Under the pieces are notes generated by a model, which was given only the letters and a program-made list of their open reading frames with translations, had not been told where the DNA came from and searched no databases. A stretch of 64,000 nucleotides of DNA, taken from assembly GCA_035482455.1 (NCBI GenBank), contig DATHQS010000357.1, positions 28,654 to 92,653 on the forward strand. Direction: 5' to 3'. Below, piece after piece: positions 29,617 through 37,650 of the stretch (its first letter is position 1; the number at the start of each line of letters is the position of its first letter). The translations under genes were made by a program, and so were the position numbers. Source of the stretch: Candidatus Acidiferrales bacterium (lineage in GTDB: Bacteria > Verrucomicrobiota > Verrucomicrobiia > Limisphaerales > UBA11358).

Positions 29617-30726
29617 ATGTTTTCACCGGGGCTATTGACGGCGGGGGCACTGCAAAAGCAGGCGAAAACTCTGGGCGGTTGCAACCAGGATATCTTGGAA
29701 CGCAGCCTTTACGCCCTCACCCTTCTGGGGCATCTGGCAGATACCAAAATCCCCTTCATTTTTAAGGGCGGCACCAGCCTGCTCCTGCACCTGCCCGAAG
29801 TGCGCCGTCTTTCGATTGATATTGATATCGTCTGCGGTGAAAAGCCGGCGGTGATCGATGCGGCAGTGGCGCAGATTGGCAAAAAAACACCGTTCATCCG
29901 GTCCGAGGAACACGTTCGAGATCATTTTATCAAGCTGCCGCAGCGCCGGCACTTCAAGTTTTTTTATCGTTCTGCGATCGGCGGCCAGGAAGTTCCCATC
30001 TTGTTGGATGTGGTGGAGGAGTCGCGGATCCACCACCAGCTGACAACCCGCCCGATTCAAACGTCATTCATCAAGCCGGACCGCGAGATCATGGTTCAGC
30101 TCCCCACCTTGGAGAGCTTGTTGGGGGACAAGTTGACGGCTTTCGCGCCCACGACCGTCGGTGTGCCGCTACGTAAATCTGATGGTCAGCCCGGCGATGT
30201 CATGCAGGTCACCAAACAGTTGTTCGACATCGGCGTGTTGTTCGGGGCGGCCACAAATTTCAATGAAGTCGCCTCCACCTATGACGCCGTACAGAGACTG
30301 GAATCGGAATATCGTCCGACCAAACCCAGCCGCGAGGCTTCGCTGGCGGATACCTTTCAGGCATGCCTGGCGACGACCGCATCAAAGACACGCGACGTGG
30401 CGGCTTACGCGGATGCGCCGCTGTTGCAGAGCGGATTCCAAAGTTTGCGCGGGCATTTGACGTGGCCCGGATTTGCGGCGACTCAAGAACCGAAGCGTAT
30501 CATTGCCGCTCGAACCGCTGTTTTGGTTGCTCATCTGCGTGCTGGTGTTCCATTTGATTTTGCCGCCCATCGCTTCACCGGCAGCACCGAACAAATCGAG
30601 ACCGTCCGTGGTCTCACACTAAACGGGACGTCATTGGCTTGGCTAGACGGAATGCGGGCCGTCAATCCGGAAGCTTATTATTATTGGCATCGTGCCATCC
30701 AGCTAACCCCGCCTCCGGCCGCTTGA
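29617..30726 (+). CDS. AbiEii/AbiGii-family nucleotidyltransferase (type IV TA toxin-like)
   Basis: IPFIFKGGTSLLLHLPEVRRLSIDIDIVC (about 29755-29840) matches the KGGTAL...R.S.DlD signature of DUF1814/AbiEii NTases. The gene starts 46 bp after the methyltransferase stop. Confidence 0.75.
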   Translation: MFSPGLLTAGALQKQAKTLGGCNQDILERSLYALTLLGHLADTKIPFIFKGGTSLLLHLPEVRRLSIDIDIVCGEKPAVIDAAVAQIGKKTPFIRSEEHVRDHFIKLPQRRHFKFFYRSAIGGQEVPILLDVVEESRIHHQLTTRPIQTSFIKPDREIMVQLPTLESLLGDKLTAFAPTTVGVPLRKSDGQPGDVMQVTKQLFDIGVLFGAATNFNEVASTYDAVQRLESEYRPTKPSREASLADTFQACLATTASKTRDVAAYADAPLLQSGFQSLRGHLTWPGFAATQEPKRIIAARTAVLVAHLRAGVPFDFAAHRFTGSTEQIETVRGLTLNGTSLAWLDGMRAVNPEAYYYWHRAIQLTPPPAA

Positions 30727-30854
30727 TGCTGAGCATGACAACGACAACAATGACGATGATGATGACCACCACCACCACCACCGCCGCCGCCGCCACCAAG
30801 ACGATAACGAACAGGAGTCAGTGTGCGGTAACAATTTCAAAAATAAGGGATTAA
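30726..30854 (+). CDS. 42-codon Thr/Met/Ala-rich mini-ORF bridging two genes (leader-peptide-like)
   Basis: MLSMTTTTMTMMMTTTTTTAAAATKTITNRSQCAVTISKIRD. Its ATG overlaps the AbiEii stop (tgATG) and its TAA lies 4 nt before the next ATG at 30859. It contains (ACC)6 and (GCC)4 runs. Whether it is translated is unproven. Confidence 0.35.
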   Translation: MLSMTTTTMTMMMTTTTTTAAAATKTITNRSQCAVTISKIRD

Positions 30855-30858
30855 AATC

Positions 30859-33180
30859 ATGTTCACCGTCAAGGCTACGAAAGAGTTCATCGGCGGATTA
30901 GAAAAACTTCGGGACGCCGAAGCGCGGAAAGTTAAGGCGGCAATGGTAGATGCAAGTGTGTCGGGCAAAATTTATTTGCCACCGTCGCGCCATGGGGAAG
31001 ATCGTATTCCCAATGTGGAAAAATATATGGTCAGCGACGGTGACCGGTTGGTGGTGCAGATGATTGATCCCAAAAACAAGGTTCGCATTTTTTTATTCGT
31101 TGGCACTCACGACGAAACCCAAAGATGGTTGGATAGTCATGGTGGCTATCAGTGGGTGGAAAAAAAGTCAGACTCAAAAATTGAGTTTGTCCAAGTGACC
31201 GATGCTATGCCTCAAATACCTCAATCGAACACGCCGGCACCGGTCGCCAAACCGGACCCAGCTTCATGCCCAGTGAATGCGATGGAAACGCCACCACATA
31301 AGCCCGGCCCGCTGCTGGGATTTTTGGAATCAGAAGATTGGGGTGGCTTGGCGCTCCGAAACGAGACCAAGGATTTCCTCACCACCGTGGATCAGCAATT
31401 CATGCTGACCCGCGAGCAGGAGGTCTTCGATAAATTGCCAACCTTGGAACCCGACAAGCGGGCCAATCTGATTTATGACATGCTCTGCCTGGCCGCGAAG
31501 GGTGATTATGAGGGTGCGAAACAACGGCTGGCGCTGCATAAAAACGAAGCTCGCGTGGTCGAGGGTGAGCAGTTGGCGGCCGCCATGGAGCAGCCAATTA
31601 ACAGCGAGGACATAATCACTTTCGACGACGCAAACACCCTTCAAGAATTTGTGAAAAAGGGTGGGACCATCTCGGAATGGATGTATTTTCTCCATCCCAG
31701 CCAGAGCGATTTGGTAAAACGTGATTTTAATGGCCCAGCCCGACTTCGTGGCATATCCGGCAGCGGAAAGACTTGTGTGCTACTGCATCGTGCTCGCCGC
31801 CTTACCAAGCTCTATCATGAGCCGGTTCTAGTGGTTACCCTCACTGAAAGTATGCGGAAACTTTTGGATTCTCTTCTCGACGATCTGTGTGGTGTGGAGC
31901 GGCATTTGATTGCCGTGGCCACAGTTAATTCTACGATCCGGGCCGTGCTTGAATCGTCGTATGGTGAGCGGATGGAAATCATTCGGCTCACGGATTCACA
32001 AGAAGACAAGCTGCTGGCGGACAGTGTGAAGTTTATTCGCAGCAATGCTGGTTTTGCCGAAACACCGTTCCGTCATTTTAATTCGATTGATCTGAATCGC
32101 TTTATCCGGGACGAATTTGCATTTGTTCGCAGTCGCCTGATTCCGGCCGATTACCAGAAGTATATCGAAACGGATACCTTCCCGAGACGAGGACGGGGTC
32201 TGGCGTTAATCCGAAAAGCCCGTGAAGTGGTTTTGCAAGGATTATACTATTTTGAAACCGAACTGGATAAGCTGAAGGCTGCGGACGGTGAGGCCATCAC
32301 GCAGGCTGCGCGCAGCCTTGTTGCCGACCCTAACAACAAAACGAAACGTTACCGTTCGGTCTTGGTTGACGAGGTTCAGGATTTGAGCCAGTTGGAACTG
32401 GAAATCATGGCCAACCTGCTGACCAATCAGGGTGAGCCTGTCCGGTCAGTCCCAAATGGATTTTTCCTGGTGGGTGACGGCACGCAGACAATCTACCGCC
32501 GCGGATTTCGGTTGGTGAATGCCGGGGTTGCGATTATCGGGCGAAGTTATTATCTGAAGAAGAATTATCGCAACACCATGGAAATCCTTCAGGCGGGCTA
32601 CGCTTTGGTTTCACACTATGAATTTGCCGACTCTGATGAAAGCGAACTGGTTCGGCCATTGGAACCTGACTATGCGTCACGACGCGGTGCCAAACCGACA
32701 TTGGTTAAATGCCGCGATACGGATGATGAAGCCGCCTATGTTGTGGCCACTATTTGTTTGCTCTGCGCCAATTCAGTCAAACCTGGACAGATTTGTGTCA
32801 TTGGTTGCAATAAAACAGTTCGGGATGCCGTAAAACAGCTCTTGAGTGATACCGAGCTGCCCTTTATTGAGCTGCGTGAGGACGTTAAAGTGGATAGTCA
32901 GAACATCAAGATTTCCACGATTGAATCCGCCAAGGGGCATGAGTTTCACACAGTTTTCATCGCCGGCCTGGTCGAGGGAGTGATGCCACCCAAGGGCACT
33001 GATGAGGCCGAAATTCCCCGTGAAGTTGCACGCCTTTATGTCGCCATGACCAGGGCACAGGATTTTCTGCATCTTTCTTATTCCTTTACACCGGCCTTCC
33101 CAGCCTCGCGTTTTTTGCTCCACTTTCAAGAACATTGCGAAGAAAAAGCATATTTTAACGGCCAACTTCGCGATCTATAG
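30859..33180 (+). CDS. UvrD/Rep-like SF1 helicase with an N-terminal ~280-aa extension (first ~95 aa RelE/ParE-fold-like)
   Basis: Walker A LRGISGSGKTCVLLHRA (about 31750), Walker B SVLVDEVQDLSQLE, NYRNT, and C-terminal STIESAKGHEFHTVFIAGL...LYVAMTRAQDFLHLSY. The N-terminus ends ...YMVSDGDRLVVQMIDPKNKVRIFLFVGTHDETQRWL. Confidence 0.8.
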   Translation: MFTVKATKEFIGGLEKLRDAEARKVKAAMVDASVSGKIYLPPSRHGEDRIPNVEKYMVSDGDRLVVQMIDPKNKVRIFLFVGTHDETQRWLDSHGGYQWVEKKSDSKIEFVQVTDAMPQIPQSNTPAPVAKPDPASCPVNAMETPPHKPGPLLGFLESEDWGGLALRNETKDFLTTVDQQFMLTREQEVFDKLPTLEPDKRANLIYDMLCLAAKGDYEGAKQRLALHKNEARVVEGEQLAAAMEQPINSEDIITFDDANTLQEFVKKGGTISEWMYFLHPSQSDLVKRDFNGPARLRGISGSGKTCVLLHRARRLTKLYHEPVLVVTLTESMRKLLDSLLDDLCGVERHLIAVATVNSTIRAVLESSYGERMEIIRLTDSQEDKLLADSVKFIRSNAGFAETPFRHFNSIDLNRFIRDEFAFVRSRLIPADYQKYIETDTFPRRGRGLALIRKAREVVLQGLYYFETELDKLKAADGEAITQAARSLVADPNNKTKRYRSVLVDEVQDLSQLELEIMANLLTNQGEPVRSVPNGFFLVGDGTQTIYRRGFRLVNAGVAIIGRSYYLKKNYRNTMEILQAGYALVSHYEFADSDESELVRPLEPDYASRRGAKPTLVKCRDTDDEAAYVVATICLLCANSVKPGQICVIGCNKTVRDAVKQLLSDTELPFIELREDVKVDSQNIKISTIESAKGHEFHTVFIAGLVEGVMPPKGTDEAEIPREVARLYVAMTRAQDFLHLSYSFTPAFPASRFLLHFQEHCEEKAYFNGQLRDL

Positions 33181-33205
33181 CCCACCACCAAAGCCAAACT
33201 AATCT

Positions 33206-34516
33206 ATGCAACGTAACGCTGCCATCACGCATAAGACCACCACCAAAAGTATTTTGGACCTCCAAAACCTTTTTGACCATGGTCACCTGAATCTGGAACC
33301 GGGGTTTCAGCGTCAATCCGTCTGGAACGAGAGGGATCGCGCCAAGTTGATAGACAGCATTTTGCGCAATTATCCGTTGCCCGCCATTTTTCTCTATAAG
33401 CGCGAAGAGGAAGGCAACCTGGTTTTTGACGTGATCGATGGCAAACAGCGGCTCGAATCCATTTTCATGTTCATGGGCGCGATGCGGGGGAAGTATTGGA
33501 CCCGTACGCAGTTGCCCGACATGGAATCTGTGGAATGGATTGATTGGGCGCATTTGCGCCGACGTGGCAAACAGCACCTCATCACCGGCTATGAAATTCC
33601 CGTCATCGAGGTGGATGGGGAGATGGGTGACATCGTTAGTGTGTTCGTCCGGATCAATTCCACTGGTAAGGCTCTGACGCAACAGGAGAAACGGCACGCC
33701 CGCTATTGCGACAGTCAGTTTTTGAAGGAGGCTTCCCGTTTGGCCAACCGGTTCGAGCATTATTTTACCACGAACGGTATTTTCAGCAGCGGCCAACTGA
33801 GCCGGATGAAGCACGTCGAGTTCATATGCGAACTCATGCTGTCACTGGTGCAGGGCGATGTGTTGAACAAAAAGACCGCGCTGGACCGGGTCATGGCCAC
33901 GTCCTCATTTGACGGCCGGCAGCTGAACAAAGCCTCGCGCATGGTCACCACCACGCTGAACCGTATCCGCCGCATGTTTCCGCACCTCAAGGCGACGCGG
34001 CTGCGCCAGGTAACAGATTTTTACAGCTTGGCGGTGTTGATTGGGAAATTTGAATCGGAGGGGATGATCCTCACCGACCGGCGCCGCAATCGCCTCGCAT
34101 GGGATCTGTTGCAAGCCTTCGTGACCCGGGTAGATGAGGTACGGGAGTTGCAACGCAAGGCCAAGGGGGCGCGGCCGGATCAGGAGCTTTACCGGGATTA
34201 TTTGCTGACGGTGTCACAGATGACCGACGACGTAAGCCAGCGCCGTAAGCGCGAGCTCATTCTGCGCGGGATATTGGAAAGCCTGTTCACCAAGCGGGAT
34301 GGCCAACGCGGGTTCACTGCCGAACAGCGCCGCATCATTTGGAATACGTCTGTCAACCGTACCTGCTCCCATCCGGGCTGCAATCGCAAGCTATCTTGGG
34401 ACGATTTTACAATCGACCATATCAATCCGCACAGCAAAGGTGGCCGGAGCCAGTTGGAAAATGCGGCGCTCATGTGCCGGGAGCACAATTCCGCCAAGGG
34501 CAACCGCCGCAGATAA
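33206..34516 (+). CDS. DUF262 (ParB/GmrSD-N-like) domain fused to a C-terminal HNH nuclease
   Basis: LEPGFQRQSVWNERDRAKLIDSILRNYPLPAIFLY...VIDGKQRLESI (DGQQR-type motif about 33436-33450). C-terminal CSHPGCNRKLSWDDFTIDHINPHSKGGRSQLENAALMCREHNSAKGNR (HNH). Confidence 0.85.
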   Translation: MQRNAAITHKTTTKSILDLQNLFDHGHLNLEPGFQRQSVWNERDRAKLIDSILRNYPLPAIFLYKREEEGNLVFDVIDGKQRLESIFMFMGAMRGKYWTRTQLPDMESVEWIDWAHLRRRGKQHLITGYEIPVIEVDGEMGDIVSVFVRINSTGKALTQQEKRHARYCDSQFLKEASRLANRFEHYFTTNGIFSSGQLSRMKHVEFICELMLSLVQGDVLNKKTALDRVMATSSFDGRQLNKASRMVTTTLNRIRRMFPHLKATRLRQVTDFYSLAVLIGKFESEGMILTDRRRNRLAWDLLQAFVTRVDEVRELQRKAKGARPDQELYRDYLLTVSQMTDDVSQRRKRELILRGILESLFTKRDGQRGFTAEQRRIIWNTSVNRTCSHPGCNRKLSWDDFTIDHINPHSKGGRSQLENAALMCREHNSAKGNRRR

Positions 34517-34743
34517 GAAGCCGGCGAGAAGGGCATTCTCATGCCGCCCACCTTACCGGTCGCGGGGTTGTTGGGGATTGCTTTTTTCATAAAACTGCAC
34601 GAGAAAAGTGGCGGCGTGACAGATTTAGGTCGTTTTTTTTGGAAAACTGCGGGAATCAAGTTTCTTAAACTGCTTAACATCAAACGCTTGTAGACATAGC
34701 GCTTTTTCCGGCGTTCCTTGATAAAGGATAGGTTTAATATACT

Positions 34744-36261
34744 ATGGGCAGCGTGACATTACCCTTGGATTTAAAGCAGTATATCGGCCCTGAAGAGATT
34801 CTGACTTCCAGCCAGCTGGTGGAACGGGTCACCGCCAATAAAATGGCACCGCCTAGTGCACGTCAGCTGATCCGCCGTAATTCCGAAGCTCAAGGTATCT
34901 GGCGGTCCCAACACCTTGTTTTGCCCGGAGGCGGTCGGTTGTTTTGTCATGCTGGATTTAGACGGAATGACAGGTTTTTTACTACCATTTTGCCGGTCCT
35001 CGATGAGTTCCGGCCCGGAATCGCCCGGCTGGTTCGTGCTGTGATGGCTGAAAGCGTTGTTCTATATCCCCGTGCCGAACAGCTGTTGGCCTCACCGGTG
35101 ATTCCAGACAATTCAAGTTACCCCTATTCCGGTCATGACATCGATGCTCTGACCGAACTGGGTTTGGGACGTCTGGAAGCCGATGACAGCGTCCTGAAAC
35201 GCTTCTCTGCTGACAGCCTTGATCTCGCCACCTCACACGCTCTGGCCATCCGGTCCAACGCAAGGTTTTTGGCTGAAGTCGCCTTAGCTAGAATCTTGTT
35301 TGAACAATTGCGGCATCAAAACGTGATCTCCTGGAATAAAAAGGCCATGCCGGATAAGGCCGCCAGCCTGGTCAGTTTTAATAATTTCCTTTTTTCCGCC
35401 ACGGGTTTTTCGTGGTTGCGGCCGATGTTGCGTTTTAACAAATCAGAAAAGCCCAAGGCGACTCCGGCCGTGCTGGATGTCATCGCCAAGCTTTGTGAGG
35501 TTTATGATGTCGATTCTTTCGCTGAGCGGATTCAGCGCGCCGGGCAGAATAAAAATTCCAAATTGGCCATTTTAGGGATTATTGCCGCATTTGATTTTAC
35601 CAAAGCAGCCTGGAAAAAGGCCAAGGCAGAGGGGTATGTCGCGATCAATCTCCGGCAACATTTTGGAGACGCGGCGTTTGAAGCATTGGTGGTGGTTCAA
35701 GAAATATTGAAGAATGTTGCCGGCGAGCCGGCAAAAGCAAAAGACGAGGATTATCAAAAATTGGCCGACACGTTGGAGCAGCTGAAATGCAATCCGTATG
35801 TGGTGGACTTGAGATCGCTGGGCTTTGAATCTGTTTCTGGACTGCTCCTGCGAACCAAGGGCTATGAAAATGTTCAGCTGAATCTTAAGGTTGCCCACGA
35901 CTCCGGCGAAGAACGGGAGGTCGATGTTTGCGGCGATCGGAACGGTCGGTCGGAACTGTTCGTGGTTGAATGTAAGGCCGAATCATCAAACAAAATGCTG
36001 GCCGGTGAGTTCGTCCAAAAATTTTATACGGAGACCGTTCCCGCCTATCTGAAATCTATGTCAGCTGGTGGCCCTAAAGAATGTCGGGCGGAAATCTGGA
36101 CCACTGGCCAGGTTGGCGATGAGGCTAAATCGGCATTGTCTCAAATCAAAATGAGCGCACTGATTAAGCCCGCGATGCTCGGTCACGAGGACGTGAAAAG
36201 TTTGGTTCCGAAGTCGCTGGGTTCCTGCAAGCGCCTTTTGGAGGCAATTTCAGCCCACTGA
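34744..36261 (+). CDS. 505-aa hypothetical protein with C-terminal PD-(D/E)xK-like nuclease motif
   Basis: No recognisable N-terminal domain. The C-terminus EEREVDVCGDRNGRSELFVVECKAESS (about 35917-35980) fits D-x(n)-E-x-K. Confidence 0.55.
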   Translation: MGSVTLPLDLKQYIGPEEILTSSQLVERVTANKMAPPSARQLIRRNSEAQGIWRSQHLVLPGGGRLFCHAGFRRNDRFFTTILPVLDEFRPGIARLVRAVMAESVVLYPRAEQLLASPVIPDNSSYPYSGHDIDALTELGLGRLEADDSVLKRFSADSLDLATSHALAIRSNARFLAEVALARILFEQLRHQNVISWNKKAMPDKAASLVSFNNFLFSATGFSWLRPMLRFNKSEKPKATPAVLDVIAKLCEVYDVDSFAERIQRAGQNKNSKLAILGIIAAFDFTKAAWKKAKAEGYVAINLRQHFGDAAFEALVVVQEILKNVAGEPAKAKDEDYQKLADTLEQLKCNPYVVDLRSLGFESVSGLLLRTKGYENVQLNLKVAHDSGEEREVDVCGDRNGRSELFVVECKAESSNKMLAGEFVQKFYTETVPAYLKSMSAGGPKECRAEIWTTGQVGDEAKSALSQIKMSALIKPAMLGHEDVKSLVPKSLGSCKRLLEAISAH

Positions 36262-36284
36262 GTCGCGGTCTGGTTTTGGGTCAA

Positions 36285-36316
36285 GCTGCCCCTGCCACCG
36301 GCAGCATTTCTTTTCC
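36285..36316 (+). terminator. weak rho-independent terminator candidate after the 505-aa gene
   Basis: gctgcc-cctgccacc-ggcagc followed by atttcttttcc. Confidence 0.35.
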
Positions 36317-36500
36317 AACGAGTTACCTGCTGGGTGGCGGCATCGTGGAAAAACTTGGGATTGAACGCTTTATGCCCTGATTCGATTTTTTGGCGCGGCT
36401 CAATTATCTTTGAATGGCTATGGTGGGTTGGACAGCCTTTGTCCAACCGGCTTTGAGATGATTGTCAAAAAGCTTTAAAAGCACGAAATGCGGCAATAGA

Positions 36501-37538
36501 ATGAAAACCATGACAAAATCGGACCCAGACACGGCGAACTTATTTTCCGAGCACGGAACTGGGACGACGATTCTGCTGAGTGACGATATTTTCACGATGG
36601 TGCAAAACCAGCGGCTGATTGTGGACGGCTTTGAAAAAGGCTGCCTGCAATCGACGTCATATGACTTTCGTATTGGGAAAAAGGCTGTTGTTGGCGGGCA
36701 GGGCTGCGAGGTGGATTTGGAGTCCAAGCCTTTGGTTATCGATCCAGGGTCATACGCGGGCGTCATCTCCTATGAAAAAGTCAAATTGCCAAACAACGTT
36801 TTCGCCCAGATCGGATCGAAACGGAAATTCTCTTACGATGGTCTGATTCTCCTCACGGGCTCTGTAATTGATCCGGGATATGAAGGCTATTTATTGTTCG
36901 GCCTTTATAACGCCTCAACTAAAAAGGTCGTTTTGCCCAAGGGAACCAAAATTTGCAACGTGATTTTTACACGGCTTCCGCGGGATGTGAGTCCGGTGTC
37001 TCCTGACCCGTATCTCCTGATGGGAAATTGTCCGCCTGATTTTTTAACCCGGATGGCCAATGTCGAAGTTCTCCCCTGGAATAAAATCAGCGAGGAAGTG
37101 CGGCGTATCCAGGAACTCGCGCAGGCCATCCTCGACTTGAAAGTTCAATACAACGACGTTCTGGAGCCGATCAAAGACTTGACCAAAAATGTCAACAAGG
37201 TGAATTCAGATGTTGCGCTACTGACTGAACAAATCAGGGCGGTTGGAACACAAGTGAGCAAGCTTGATCAGTTCAGTGAGAAAAACGCCCAGCTCGTCAA
37301 CGAAATCGCCGTCAATGTTAAGACGCTCAGCACCAAGGTTGGCGACCAGGACAAAGAATTGAGGGACGTCAGCACCAAGCTTGGAAGTTATGGCCTTCTT
37401 GTGAAAATTGCTTGGGCCATCGGATTGGTGATGGCGGGCATTTTGATAAAACAATATCTGGATAAACCAGCAGTCAGTCCAAAGGAAGCGCCAAAAGTTT
37501 CGGCTCCTGCCTCAGCTCCCGTCCCGTCGAAACCATGA
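36501..37538 (+). CDS. dCTP deaminase/dUTPase-fold domain fused to a coiled coil and a C-terminal transmembrane anchor
   Basis: STSYDFRIG, VIDPGSYAGVISYEKVKLP, GSVIDPGYEGYLLFGLYNASTKKVVLPKGTKICNVIF (about 36864-36960) align by eye with Dcd/Dut motif III. A heptad-like region follows (NVNKVNSDVALLTEQIRAVGTQVSKLDQFSEKNAQLVNEIAVNVKTL), then a TM helix LLVKIAWAIGLVMAGILIKQYL (about 37393-37460) and a Pro/Ala/Ser tail. Confidence 0.7.
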   Translation: MKTMTKSDPDTANLFSEHGTGTTILLSDDIFTMVQNQRLIVDGFEKGCLQSTSYDFRIGKKAVVGGQGCEVDLESKPLVIDPGSYAGVISYEKVKLPNNVFAQIGSKRKFSYDGLILLTGSVIDPGYEGYLLFGLYNASTKKVVLPKGTKICNVIFTRLPRDVSPVSPDPYLLMGNCPPDFLTRMANVEVLPWNKISEEVRRIQELAQAILDLKVQYNDVLEPIKDLTKNVNKVNSDVALLTEQIRAVGTQVSKLDQFSEKNAQLVNEIAVNVKTLSTKVGDQDKELRDVSTKLGSYGLLVKIAWAIGLVMAGILIKQYLDKPAVSPKEAPKVSAPASAPVPSKP

Positions 37539-37650
37539 ATCAATGCGTTTGGTGTCCCTGCTCGAATACTGGCCCAAGCAGCCTCCATCGTCGGGATGGC
37601 TTGGATGTCATTGACACTGGCCCACCAATTCCCTGACCCTGGCCTTGTCC

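Noticed and set aside
30740-30800. The (ACC)6/(GCC)4/(ATG)3 tract as a slipped-strand phase-variation on/off switch.
   Set aside because: The repeats are trinucleotides, so length change would not shift the reading frame. The tract also lies between genes rather than in a promoter spacer. Only a length-polymorphic leader peptide remains plausible.
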